DNA of 64,000 nucleotides from Octopus sinensis. Lineage: Eukaryota. The stretch covers positions 9,361,360 through 9,425,359 of the forward strand of contig NC_043019.1 of assembly GCF_006345805.1 (NCBI RefSeq), written 5' to 3'. The notes under the pieces were generated by a model. The model saw only the letters and a list, made by a program, of their open reading frames with translations. It did no database searches and was not told where the DNA came from. Within the stretch, counting starts at the first letter, position 1, and every line of letters begins with the position of its first letter. Positions 51,625 through 64,000 of this stretch are shown piece after piece. Both the position numbers and the translations under genes were made by a program.

Positions 51625-51918
51625 ACATAGCTAGGCCCTTCGTCGCTTGGGACGATGACTGTTGCAGTTGATCTGATCGACGGAACAGCCTGCTCGAGAA
51701 ATAAACATGCAAGTGGCTGAGTACTCCACAGACCTGCATATCTTTAACGTAGTTCTCGGGGAGATTCAGCGTGACACAGAACGGGACAAAGCTGAGTCTT
51801 TGAATTGCAGGTGCTGCTCACTTTCGCCAGCTGAGTGAAATAAAGGGTCTTGCTCAAGAACACAACGCACCGGCTGGAATCGAACTCACAGCCTTGCGAT
51901 CGTAAGCCGAATATACAA
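51625..51918 (-). mobile_element. tRNA-derived SINE, family C
   Basis: Minus strand: GGCGCCTGGTTTAGTG..GTGAGTTCGATTCCAGCCGG..GTGTTCTTGAGCAAGACCCTTTATTTCAC..GTCACGCTGAATCTCCCCGAGAACTACG. Confidence 0.7.
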
Positions 51919-52519
51919 AGCACTAAACCAGGCGCCTTCTCGCATAGGAACACAATTACAAGCCCCAGACACACGCACGAACATGCGCACGCATTATGGA
52001 AAACAAAAGTGTCTGCGCATGCGCGCGCGTGTTTACAAAGTGAAAGAGAATTTTGAAAGGTAAAAACCCCTGGAAAGGACCCAAAGGTTGAGGGAAGGAA
52101 TTCGGAAGACAACAGAACCACAGAGCCGAAAACTTTGTCATTGGCATCGCTTGCTTTTACTAGCATGCGACGTTGGTTGGTTGGTTGGTTAATTACTGGT
52201 TAATTGGCTGATTGGTTCGTTGCTATGGAGTCACTTCTTAGCAACGACACAAAAACAAAACAAAAAGGACAAAAAAAAACAACGGTGCCGTTTCTTCAGA
52301 TTCTTATTAGCGCTGTTCTTCTTACCGTAGCCATCATTGTTCTTGTTGTTGCTGCTGCTGCTGGTATTGTTACAGACGCATCTGCTACAAAAGTGGTGGT
52401 GGTGGTGGTGTGCCCTACAAGTAATCCCCTGTCACAGATGGTATCTAAATCGTTCAACATCTCCAGACGACAGACAAGTCACAGATATCTTAACAAAACA
52501 CAAAAGACACTCCACCCCG

Positions 52520-52555
<36 letters not shown>

Positions 52556-52904
52556 GTGTGTGAATAACGGAGGCTGTTTTACCGATAAAGCCATTCTCTA
52601 CTTTTATCATTATTGTAAAAGTTTTTCATATTTCCAAGCGAGTTTTCTTTATTTATTTCGTTACATTTTATTTGCAACAGGAAACTATATTGCGAAGGAA
52701 AACTTAAATCATTCCAGAAAATTTTGAGACAAAAACTTGCATAATTACAATGAGGTCGTGGGTTCGATTTCAATCACTGAAAAAAAAAAAGAATTTTTCC
52801 ATAGATTATATATATTATAATATAATGTGATGTATCATAAGTGTGTGTGTGTGTGTGTCTGTATGCCTTATTATTAAATCTGCAAAAACATCATAAAACA
52901 TCAT

Positions 52905-53550
52905 CAGTCCCACTGCGTAGTACCCCGGGCAAGTGTCTTCTACCATAGCTTGGGGCCGACCAAAGCCTTGTGAGTGGTTTTATAGACGGAAACTGAAAGA
53001 AGCCTGTCGTATATAATAGATATATAATGTATGTGTGTATGTTTGTGTATATATGTATTATTATATATGATTATACATACATTCATAGATATAGGTAAGA
53101 CGTTTACTTCCCAACCACATGTTTCGGGGTTCGATCCCATAATGTGGCACTTTGGACAAGTGTCTTCTATAGCCTCGAGCCGACCAAAGCTTTTTGAGTA
53201 GACTTGGTAGACGGAAATTGAAAGAAGCCCGAAGCCCATCGTGTCTCTATATATATATAGAGAGAGAGAGACACGTAGTCTGCTATTTCCAGTAAATGGT
53301 GGTGCATTGTTATACCACTCTCCTATATTTATATATGTGTGTGTCTTTGTGTCTGTGTTTGTCTCCCACCACCACTGTGTTGGTGCGTTTATATCCCGTA
53401 ACTTAACGGTTTAGCAAAAGAGACTGATAGAATAAGTACCTGGCTTTGAGGCAAAGTGTTGCGGCGGATACATTCGACTAAAATTCCTCGAGGCACTGCC
53501 CCATCATGGCCACAGGCTAATGGCTGAACAAAGTAAAAGGTAAAAGATAT
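52905..53550 (+). mobile_element. Cluster of family-A SINE fragments
   Basis: GCCGACCAAAGC..GTAGACGGAAA body occurs twice (about 52955 and 53180). The 3' part is at 53340-53550. Confidence 0.7.
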
Positions 53551-53769
53551 ATATATATATTTATATTTATATATATATGTATGTATAGTTAATCCAAACA
53601 TGAAAACGCAAAGAGAAAACACAACAACGCGAGGACATGGAACAGGTATAGTGTTATTGGACGCCCAGGAAAGGAAAGAAAGAAGGAGGAGTTAATGTTT
53701 CAGAAACAAGGAAAGGTCCGAGGAAGGGAAGACGGAGAAAGAAAATATATATATATATGTGTGTGTGTG

Positions 53770-54155
53770 TATGCATATATATATATCTATCTATACATAT
53801 ATGTTTGCATATATATTCACATATCTATATATGTATGCATATATATGTATATACATGTGTATACATATATATACATATGAATACATATATGCATATATAT
53901 GTGTATATATATGTATATATTTACATATATGTATATATATGTATACGTATATATATATGCATACATATATATGTATATATATGTATACGTATATATATAT
54001 GCATACATATATATGTGTATATATATATATACATATATGTATATATATGAATACATATATATATATATATACACACACATATATATGTATACATATATAT
54101 ATACATATAGATATATGTGCATATATATACATACATCTACATATATATATATATA
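53770..54155. repeat. TA-rich compound micro/minisatellite
   Basis: Directly visible ATATATGTATAC-type repeats. Confidence 0.9.
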
Positions 54156-54629
54156 TTGATTTTGTTGATAGGCTGAACTTTAGATAGATTTGGTCTCCTT
54201 TTCAGATCCTTAATATTCCCACGCAAATACAATTGCAGTCACTGAACCATGAGCATGGTCCTGTTAAGTAGGGACAAGAGTTGATTTCTACATCAATATA
54301 GTTGTGTGAGTGTGTGTAAATAGACACATTTATTGATAGGTAGATACATATATATATATGTATACATACACACATATAGACTAACACAGAAAAAGCACGC
54401 GCCCACTCGCACTCAGATGTACACACACACACACGCACACACACGCACATACACACATAGGTAAATGTGTACTCATTAAACTATGTCTTTCAGGTTACGT
54501 ATCTCTTCCGGGAGTCACGGTGTTGTTACATTGTTCAGGAATTCGACGAAGCCGAAGCTAACGGAACTTATCGGCTTGAGTGATGTGTTTTCTCTGTGTG
54601 TGCGTGAGTGTGTATGTAAGCATTGATAT

Positions 54630-54675
<46 letters not shown>

Positions 54676-54844
54676 TAGAATGTTTGGAGATGATGTACAG
54701 GTATTTCATATTAGAAGAAATTCGGATGGTTTTATATTTACAGATATTTATTTGTATATTACATGTTTTTATACATCATATAACTTATATCATATATTAG
54801 CGCTTTCGTGTATTCTGGTGGAGTTTTCATATTGAACTGAACGT

Positions 54845-54880
<36 letters not shown>

Positions 54881-55726
54881 ACGTTCCTCTTTACACACGC
54901 CCACACACACACACACACACACTCATTCACACGAGTTGAAGAGTGGCGGTTCGTATGAGCCGAGCCAATTGTGAAGAGTGTAAATCTATTTCTAGAGATG
55001 AGATGGAAAAGTCAGAGAGAGAGAGAGGACACAGTGGAGTTGTCTTCCAGAGATTGGAGTCTCTCGCTGAGGGAGTTTATTGCAATTATTCAGTTGACAA
55101 TTTTAGGAAAGAAGCCAAGGATTTTGTGCGTGGATCAATATTACACTCCAAGATATGACAGCAACATTCCATTAGAGGCCTCCTTTTGGGGCTTTGTGAT
55201 GGTCACACCAGTCGATTTCTGCGTATGATTATTTGAGGAAAAGGATTAGAAAATATCAAAATTGCATCTATTTGCGATGAATACGGGAATGAATCCCGGC
55301 TCGGATTTTGCTTTGAAGTCACAAAACGGGGACCCTAAGGATTTTGATTTTGCCATGCATTGGACAAATGTGTCTGTTGATGGCAGAATATAATTAGTTT
55401 GTTGTCCATTTTCTTCAGCTCAAATTGTTTAGATCCACCCTGACACATTTTATGGCAATCACATCGATTTTGTCTTGTCTGCGCTTTGTAAAAGGTCTAT
55501 TGTCGGGCTGAAGTGTCTTCTGGCCCTGAATACAAAAGTCGTTGGGATACGGTGTCAGCTATGTTTCGGAATTGCATTGGCCAAAAGAGAGATCCTCGAT
55601 GGCAGCGAGACCCAGCATTTGGCACGATTAAGAGGGATTTCGTTAAGTGCTTTCAACGTTAATGGGAATGTTGTGCGATGGTATATTCATGCTTTGAGAG
55701 GTGTTAATGGTTTCTTGTTGGTGCAA

Positions 55727-55766
55727 GGTTAGCATATCTCCATCGGCAGATGGAGATATGCTAACC
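55727..55766. repeat. Perfect 18-bp hairpin with 4-nt loop
   Basis: GGTTAGCATATCTCCATC-GGCA-GATGGAGATATGCTAACC. Confidence 0.95.
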
Positions 55767-56189
55767 CTGTTCATGAAATCCATGTGGATTTGTTGTCTAG
55801 TGTCTGGGGCGATTCCTGGATGATGCTTTGTTAGGAGAAGATTGGTTAAAGGAAAACCCACATGCGCATAAAAGTGATCGTTGTTGAATGTGATGCTAAG
55901 TTAGTTATTGACGCTGTGAAGCTGCATGAGTGTGTGGTGTGTGTGTGTGTGTGGTGTGTGTGTGTGTGTGTGTGTGTGAGAGTGTGAGAGAGAGAGAGAG
56001 AGAGAGAGAGTCCGCGCGTGTGTCTGTGTGTATGCGTGAACGCGTTTGTGCATTTCTAGTTATTTGTGTGTGTATGGAGCTGAAGCCGAATTCTTTGGCC
56101 ATACTGGAGCTGATAGCATGAGCGAGCGAGAGAATGAGCTCCGTCAACATAGGCTGCGATAATGAAATTTGACGCCAAAACTTGACCTT

Positions 56190-56310
56190 TATTTTATTTT
56201 ATCGACCCCCGGTAGGCTGAACGGTAGACTTGATTATGTTGGGATTTGAACTCAGATCACAGAGACCCGGAACAAATTCCAAAAGACATTGGTACGACGC
56301 TCTGCCAATT
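56190..56310 (-). mobile_element. Degraded family-B SINE
   Basis: TTTATCGACCCCCGGTAGGCTGAACGGTAGACTTG..GGATTTGAACTCAG. Confidence 0.55.
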
Positions 56311-56922
56311 CCTTCACTCCACTTCCATATGCAAAACGGAAAAGAAAATAATATAGCGGTGCGTGTGTGCATTATGTGGCTAAAGTGACTCTACCGCAAT
56401 GTAACTGTTTCAGTTCGAAAAACAAACAATATTGTCGTTTGTTAAATGAGGAAAAGAAATAAATAAAGAAATATTTATTAAATGACGAAAGAGCAAACGT
56501 AGAAATAAGCACAAAAAATGCTTACACTCACGCACACACACACACATACACACACACGACGATACTAACACACACACTCGCAAAACTGCCCGCTTGCGCA
56601 TACACGCTCACACACACACACACACAAGCACAAAGGGAGAGACACTCAGATTCATAGAAATGCATACACTCACACAGACAGAGAGAATCACATAAACGTA
56701 CAAGATATACACGTAAAGCTATCAGCGAACAAACACACGCACACACAAATAACCAGAACTGCACAGACAAATGCATTCGCGTAGACACACACACGTTTAC
56801 AGGAACAAAACGCAAATTCATTCGTGTAATGAGACACACACACACACCAGAAATATACATAGAACTGCACACAGAAAGAAGCACACACACACACACATAC
56901 AGTCGTAGAAACACGTCCATAT

Positions 56923-56962
<40 letters not shown>

Positions 56963-57898
56963 AAACATAAAGTAAAAGGAAGTTGTTAATTTACGAAAAG
57001 GTGAAAACGAGAGTGTGTGAGAGAGAAGCAGAGGTAGAATAAAAAGAAAGAAAAGGGAAAAACAGTGAGAGAGAGAGAGAGAGAAGAGAGAGAAAATGAG
57101 TGAGAAATGAGTGAGAGAGAAGCAGAGGTAGAATAGAAAAAAAAAAGGGAAAAACAGTGAGAGAGAGAAAATGGAGAGTGTGGTTGAAAAAGAGAGAGGT
57201 AGAAAGAGGGAGGGGTTGAAAGAGAGAGAAAGAGGAAGTGGAGAGAGTGAAAGAATGAGGAAGGGAGAAGTGTAAAGAGAAAAAAATGTTGAGTTACAGA
57301 GAAAAGTAGGTGGGGGTGAATGGAGGAGAGTTAGAGTAGGTGTGTGCGTGTGTCTGTGTGTCCATGTCTATGTGCAGGTGTGTGATTGAATGTGGAGAGG
57401 GGGAGAGAGAGAGAGAGAGAGAGAGGGAGTGATGGTAGAAGGAGAGCTGGGTGGAGGAAATGGCTGGCGGAAGAAGAGAAAGCTTATTGCAGGAAACAGT
57501 TTGAGTCTGTGAGATGAAATTATTGGAGAAAAATCGATGGAAACTTCTAGAATTGAGTGGAGAGATTAGAGAAAATGTTTAGTGAATTGACTGGCGAAAT
57601 CTCAATGTCAGCCTTCGAGGCGGGGGTGGGGGGATGGTGGTGTGTTGTGAAGTGTTGTGAGGTCCGTTGTTTCTGTGCTGTGTGACAGAGTAGTGATATG
57701 TAGCGTGGTTGTGTTGAAGTGTGGCCTTGTATTGTTGTGGAATGGCGTGTTGTGAGATTTATCAGGTGATGCGTCGAATGGTGAGAGTGATGCTGTGCGA
57801 GGATGTGCTGCGGCGTTGTTTGGCAGTTTCTTGGGGGGAGGGAGAGGGGTTATGGAGTGTCATCTTGCCTCGGCTCCTGTCCTCTCTTATGTTGTGCT

Positions 57899-57956
<58 letters not shown>

Positions 57957-58398
57957 GGTGATATATTGTGTTGTGCGTTTCTCCGTTGTGTCTGAAATCC
58001 TGTTGCGTTGTGTTCTGTGTTGTTATGGCGTTAATTTTGATGTATTTTGCTGGTATGTCATTCATTTGGGATATAATCTGTCGCAGCATTGTTTAAGCCC
58101 CAGGTTGGCTCCGATCAAATACACCAGGGATCAAAGACATTTCATCCATGACTACCTCACCTCTTATGAGCGTCTCGTGACCCCATACTATATCATCTCA
58201 AATATCACTCCGTTTCCTCGAAGTCAATAGCGAAGGCTCGCAATGATGGAGAATTGGCTGCTAGTTCCCAGACGTCAAAAACAAAGAACTTCTCGGTTGC
58301 TTTGTTGTGCTGCATTGCTTAGCATTGTGTCTCACTTCTGTTGTTCTGCGAACTGTATCTCCTATGATTAGATAACGTGTCTCCTGTCCCCCTCTCTC

Positions 58399-58435
<37 letters not shown>

Positions 58436-58794
58436 GTGCGTATGTTTGTATGTACTTTAAGCACGTATGCACATGCGTGTATTAATGTGCATATGTCTGT
58501 ATGTATTAGTATGTGAGTGTGTATGAATGTGTGTTCAGACCCAATTCCATATCGACACAGAAACGCACTCATCGTTTTACACCCTCCATCACCACCACCA
58601 GGCCCTTCTCTGTCTTCAACAAATTCCAGTCTGAGAATGGCTCAGAATGGCTCCCAAAACTATGCCATTGGCCCCGTTTTCCCTTGTCCCTCTAAGTTTC
58701 AAACATCTCAATCCATTTCGTTCAACCCATATTCAGATCAATATTTTCCTTGATCTGCACCTTGCGGCCCCGAGTTTCACACTGACCCGAGTTT

Positions 58795-59340
58795 CTGGAG
58801 ATGGGAAGGATGGATTCCCTTTGCAAATACTGATAGGGCACAGAACGTGTGTCAATAGCCTGCTGGAGGAGGTGTCCTTCTGGGGCTACAAGCTACAGTA
58901 GCATCCACCATTAAGGGTTGGCCACATTTAAGTGGCAAATATACTTCACGATGTGTTGCAGCTACTGTCTATACCTCGTTCAGAGATTTATTATTGCTTG
59001 TTTACACTTTTTCGAGATCAGTGACTTTTCGTCACTGGAAAAAGGAAATAAATATATTTGCATCGGGAACCACTTCACATCGACCACCGGCGATTGTCAC
59101 ACGCTGATGATGGGTCAATACCCAGAAACACGGGTCCGTGTGTATCATGTAGATGGGAAGGATGGCATCCCTTTGCAAATACTGGAGATGGGAAGGGATG
59201 GCATCCCTTTGCAAATACTGATAGGGCACAGAAAGTTTGTCAATAGCCACCTGGAGGAGGTGTCCTCCTGGGGCTACAAGCTACAGTAGCATCCACCCTT
59301 AAGAGTTAGATACATTTAAGTGGAAAATATACTTCACGAT
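58795..59340 (+). mobile_element. Retrozyme-like element B (about 1.4 monomers of ~352 nt, hammerhead-bearing, non-coding)
   Basis: Direct repeat AGATGGGAAGGATGG...ATATACTTCACGAT at 58799-58952 and 59151-59340. The second copy has a ~36-bp internal duplication. A hammerhead lies just upstream of the second repeat. Confidence 0.8.
59098..59142 (+). ncRNA. Type I hammerhead ribozyme (minimal, short stem III)
   Basis: CACACG-CTGATGA-TGGGT caat ACCCA-GAAAC-acgg-GTC-CGTGTG. Intact core, 6-bp stem I, 5-bp stem II, GUC triplet. Predicted cleavage is after 59136. Confidence 0.9.
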
Positions 59341-59874
59341 ATATATATATGTATATATATGTGTGTGTGTATGTATATATATGAAAATGCTTTATAAATA
59401 AAGAACGACAGATACAAAACGTATAAGACACAGAGGGTCCCTAATTCTTCTTAATCAGTTATCAACCAGAATGGTAATACTCAGTTTTGCACCTTTAATG
59501 ATAAGACTGAGGGGGCGGAGGGGACTTCCCGTCTTGGCGGTGCCTGCGAAAGACGCAGAGAATCGGGCCTCAAGCATACAAAACGACACAGAGTGGAGAT
59601 GCGAAAGTAAAGAAATGTAATTTAAGACGAAACGAGCAAAATGCGGCCTTGCGACCAAATGACAAGAACTGGGGGTTACGCTTAGAAAAAATCCTGATGG
59701 AGATAGACAACAGTAAATAGCAAGACAGAGAAAGTTGTTGCTGTTGTTTTTTTTTTTTGTTTTATTTGGAGACTAAACTGCTAGGCAACCAGTGAGAAAG
59801 TGTGTGTGTTGTGTACATTTAGGATTAACTGTCGGAAAAAAGAAAGCTCGTATAGATTAATAATCTATTTTCGT

Positions 59875-60008
59875 TTGGTCGAGTCAGTCTTTTGCAGCTC
59901 TGAGTTTTACCTGTAAGTGGACAAGATCACCAGACAAGTCATAAATTGCCCGAAGGTCTTAGACACCCACAGGTGAAACTCAGAGTAGCAAGGAGCTGAC
60001 TCGATCAA
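59875..60008. repeat. Short foldback/MITE with ~40-bp imperfect inverted repeats
   Basis: TCGAGTCAGTCTTTTGCAGCTCTGAGTTTTACCTGT versus ACAGGTGAAACTCAGAGTAGCAAGGAGCTGACTCGA. Confidence 0.75.
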
Positions 60009-60268
60009 GAACATAGATAGATAGATAGATAGATAGATAGAATGCAAATGCTTACTCAAAATCTTCCTTCCATCATATATTGTTATGAACTTTGTAATAT
60101 GGTTATTTGTAGCTTGAGAAATTTTTTCTTTAAATATCGCTAACTATATCAAAAAAACATATTTCAGAAACAATTCATGGTGTTATCTCGGCATGGCCGC
60201 CTTCCAATGACTAAAACATAAACAGATAAAAGATTTCATATATATACATATATATATATATATACACT

Positions 60269-60427
60269 TTATTTAAAGGCAGCAGAAATATAACAGAAGC
60301 TGTTACTCAGAGTTTCACAATAACAATATATTGTTATTTCTGTTCTATTTTAACAAAACTGTCCGACGAATGGGAATGTGAAACTCTGAGTAACAGCTTT
60401 TGTTATATTTCTGCTGCTTTTAAATAA
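60269..60427. repeat. Foldback element, 51-bp inverted arms
   Basis: TTATTTAAAGGCAGCAGAAATATAACAGAAGCTGTTACTCAGAGTTTCACA matches the reverse complement of 60377-60427 with 2 mismatches. Confidence 0.9.
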
Positions 60428-60498
60428 GCATATTACTCTAGCTCTGGTATTTGAGTACTCTTTTTTCCAACTTGTTTCACATTTATGTGCTTACTCCG

Positions 60499-60536
<38 letters not shown>

Positions 60537-60828
60537 CAAACTTACTTAGAAATGGATGCGTGCGTTCCGTCATATAATAACAAATTAATAAATAAAACAA
60601 ATGCATATATACATACATATATGTACGTACCTACATCTACATGTATATATACATGCATATATGGGTACAGGACACCCCAAAAAACGTCGAACACAATGAG
60701 AAACGAAAACATAAACACAAAACCAAGGAAATGGACATTTTTCTTAAACAACGAAAAAATAGAGTACAGGACAAATAACACAAGGAAAAACAACCCTTCT
60801 TCAGTCGCCTTTGTTTCATCTACTCCGC

Positions 60829-60898
<70 letters not shown>

Positions 60899-61254
60899 CG
60901 CGCAAACACACGAATGTATTGACTCTGTTTTGAAAGAGAGGTTAGCGCATGCGTTGTCATTTACAGAAAAGTAAAAGCTATGCACAGGTGTGAAACATTA
61001 AAACAGTGGAGTTCTCTCTGTATCTTGGTATTTGTAGACACACCTCGGAAATTGGCGGCACACCTGCGGTCCAGACGTGACACTGTGGTTTGGAAATGTC
61101 CGGTTTAAATGATCAAAGGCCTTAGAAAACCGGAATCTCTGGATATTTCCACTTCTTCGCGCCAAACCAATTTAATTCGCTTTTCATCTTTTTCTTCTCA
61201 TAAACGCATACGGCTGCGCACACACATAACATATGTAAGTGTGTGCGTGTGTGT

Positions 61255-61299
<45 letters not shown>

Positions 61300-61301
<2 letters not shown>

Positions 61302-61720
61302 TATATATAGGTCTATGCATATATATATATGTATATATATATAGGTCTATGCATATATATATATGTATATATATATATAGGTCTATGCATATATATATAT
61401 GTATATATATATAGGTCTATGCATATATATATATATGTATATATATATATGTCTATGCATTATATATATATGTATATATATATATGTCTATGCATATATA
61501 TATATACATATATATACATATATATATATATGTCTATGCATATATATATATACATATATATACATATATATATATATATGTCTATGCATATATATATATA
61601 CATATATATACATATATATATATATGTCTATGCATATATATATATGTATATATATATATGTCTATGCATATATATATATATGTATATATATATAGGTCTA
61701 TGCATATATATATATAATCC
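61300..61720. repeat. Minisatellite built on GTCTATGCA plus variable (TA)n
   Basis: GTCTATGCATATATA recurs about 12 times at roughly 26-40-bp spacing. Confidence 0.9.
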
Positions 61721-62004
61721 CATGCACACACGCGGACACTTGTGTTTGCGCAGAAGTACGCCTATATACAAAGTGTTTGGATGGTGTGTATAGTTATGTA
61801 TGTGTGTAAATAGGTCTGTGTGTGTGTGTCACTATCTTTATGTACGTTTGTGTCGGAATGAACGATGTTGTGTGCGTGTGTATGTGTGTATGCAGCGGTG
61901 TGTAAGCGTATGGATGTGTATAACTATTTATGTATGTATAGGAGGGGAATGATTGTACGTTGGTATATGTATATACATACATGCGCCAAAGGATGTTTAA
62001 ACAT

Positions 62005-62100
<96 letters not shown>

Positions 62101-63181
62101 TGTATATGTATATGTGCGCGTGCGTGTGTTATGTACACGTTCGCTCGGGTGAGTATATATATAAATATGTATATATGTATAGGTGTGTGTACATTCTGCT
62201 ATATACATGTCTATGCCTCCGTTTCTGCGCACCGGTTTAAATAAGTATGTTAAGTTTATACGCGTGTATACGTGCATATATATATTTGTAAGTACGAACA
62301 CGTATGTATATCTACGCACACTCGCACACAGACATACACGCATACCTACACACACACACACACACACACGACAGGGCGGTGGCTGTGACGGCTAAAGTAA
62401 CGGTATACGACGAATGTATGTGTGTGTGTATGTGTGTCTGTGTAAATAGTGGTATGTTTGTGTTTGTCTGTCAGTGTGTATGTGTTTGCGAGAGTGCATG
62501 GGTTCTCATATGTTTATATCCATGTGTGTGTGTGTGTGTGTGTGAATGTTCGTGAGATTGTGTGTGTGTGTGTGCGTGCGTGCGTGTGTGTGTATGTGTG
62601 TGTGTGTGTGTGGCTGATGATAAAATGGTTGGTTGAAAAGAAGATGGCGACAGTAAAGTGAAAAGAGATTAGCATTAGGAGGGGATTAAGTGTGACATAA
62701 TGTGAGGAGAAGGCAGAGTAGAGCTGTGGACGGGCGAGGGCGGAAGTGAGAGACTGTTTGATGAGGGGAGGAGGAGGAGGAGGAGGAGATGAGAAAGAAA
62801 CGGGAAATGAATATATTCGAAAGATGAAGATGGAGAGAGAGAGAGAGAGAGAGAGAAAGAAAGAGGGAGAGAGAGAGAAATTGGGAAAGTGTGTGTCGCA
62901 CGGAGAGAATTCGTGTGAGCGTGTGTGTGTGTGTGTGTTCGTGCGCGCACGCGAACAAGAGCGGGTTGGAAGGCGACAGAAGTGGGGCAGTGTGTGTGTG
63001 TGTGTGCGTGTGTGTGTGTGTACGCGCTCGCACATATGTGCGTATCTTTCCACGAAGGATCTGAGTCTCAACGACAGAACTGTAAGAATTCTTCGACATT
63101 CGTTGTATTCCGAGTTTCAACCATTCCGTTGTCACTCAATGCCGTCAATACATTTCTTCCGACGCATTATTATTATTATTA

Positions 63182-63220
<39 letters not shown>

Positions 63221-63879
63221 ACCTCTGAGTCCTACAAAACGTCTTTGGTTTCGAGCAACAAAGTCCCTGGCGTCTTCTTTGAAAGAGACAAAACGTATTT
63301 TGTTGACTTCACAATTTTAATAAAAACCATTCTCTTCATAAGAATGCCTTGAATGTCTCATTTCCAGAACTTAGCTGTCAGACGCACGAACATCTTGTCA
63401 TCAAATTCCTATTTCTTTCTTTGTACTAATCGCAACACCACAAATATTTATAATAGATTATTACATTGAACAAATATTTGGTTACTGAATCTGTAGATAT
63501 AAGACAATCAGAGAATGACTTTTGCTAATTTCTATGAAAATACTCCCTAAACCTTGAATAGCAAACCTCCGTTCAACATGGGACATTTGGTTTCTGTGTT
63601 CTTCAGAGTTAAAGTAGGGATTTTTTTAATGTATTTTACTCGCATTTCGCGATTTAATAAAATAAAATTGAGGCATAGAAGTTCCATATAGAGTTGGGCC
63701 GTTAAAGAGAGCAAAGCTATTAAATAAAAATCATTCCGTTTGTCATTTCGTGGGACGCTTTATTGTGAATTGAAGATAAAATTTGCCCAGTGGTGTGTCT
63801 CAATGATAATGTAACCAACCGTAACCAAACATCATTCATGCGAAATTAGTTTCAAAATCAGGCAGAAGGTCAGTAATTT

Positions 63880-64000
63880 AAGGGGGAGGGGTGTAAATCG
63901 ATTAATTTATCGACCCCGAAAGGATTGAAAAGCATAGTCGACCTCGGTGGAATTTGAACTCGGGACGTAAAGACGGGAGAAATGCTGTTAAGGATTCGGC
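63880..64000 (-). mobile_element. Family-B SINE (runs off the window)
   Basis: TTTATCGACCCCGAAAGGATTGAAAAGCATAGTCGACCTCGGTGGAATTTGAACTC. Confidence 0.75.

Noticed and set aside
60780-60825. GAAAC and CTGAAGA words in a Penelope-like tail repeat
   Set aside because: Wrong order and spacing, and the stems cannot form.
63575-63612. Minus-strand CTGAAGA..GAAAC..GTC spacing
   Set aside because: No stem II pairing (ACACA) and no stem I complementarity, so a chance match.

Overview
This is a eukaryotic, AT-rich window saturated with microsatellites. The SINE families and repeat landscape look cephalopod, most likely Octopus (inference from recalled repeat motifs, not from a search). No protein-coding gene can be called confidently, and almost all ORF-track entries are microsatellite read-throughs. 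Recognisable content: many tRNA-derived SINEs; decayed Tc1/mariner-superfamily pieces (mariner, DD36E-like Tc1, DD37D, Tigger); several MITEs and foldbacks; 5'-truncated restriction-like-endonuclease (RLE) non-LTR elements sitting in (TAA)n or (CA/TACA)n tracts; a near-identical ~500-bp triplication; and a degenerate AT-rich ~880-bp tandem array. The most interesting signal is three non-coding retroelements carrying self-cleaving ribozyme motifs. (1) An intact type I hammerhead at 59098-59142 (+), between direct repeats with a ~352-bp period. (2) A second, unrelated, mutated hammerhead at 13593-13641 (-), between direct repeats with a 358-bp period. Both are retrozyme-like and are circRNA candidates. 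(3) A 705-bp RTE-derived element with a 12-bp TSD and an HDV-like ribozyme remnant. A few weak exon and promoter candidates (25.8-31 kb on +, 40.7-43.3 kb on -) are reported at low confidence.
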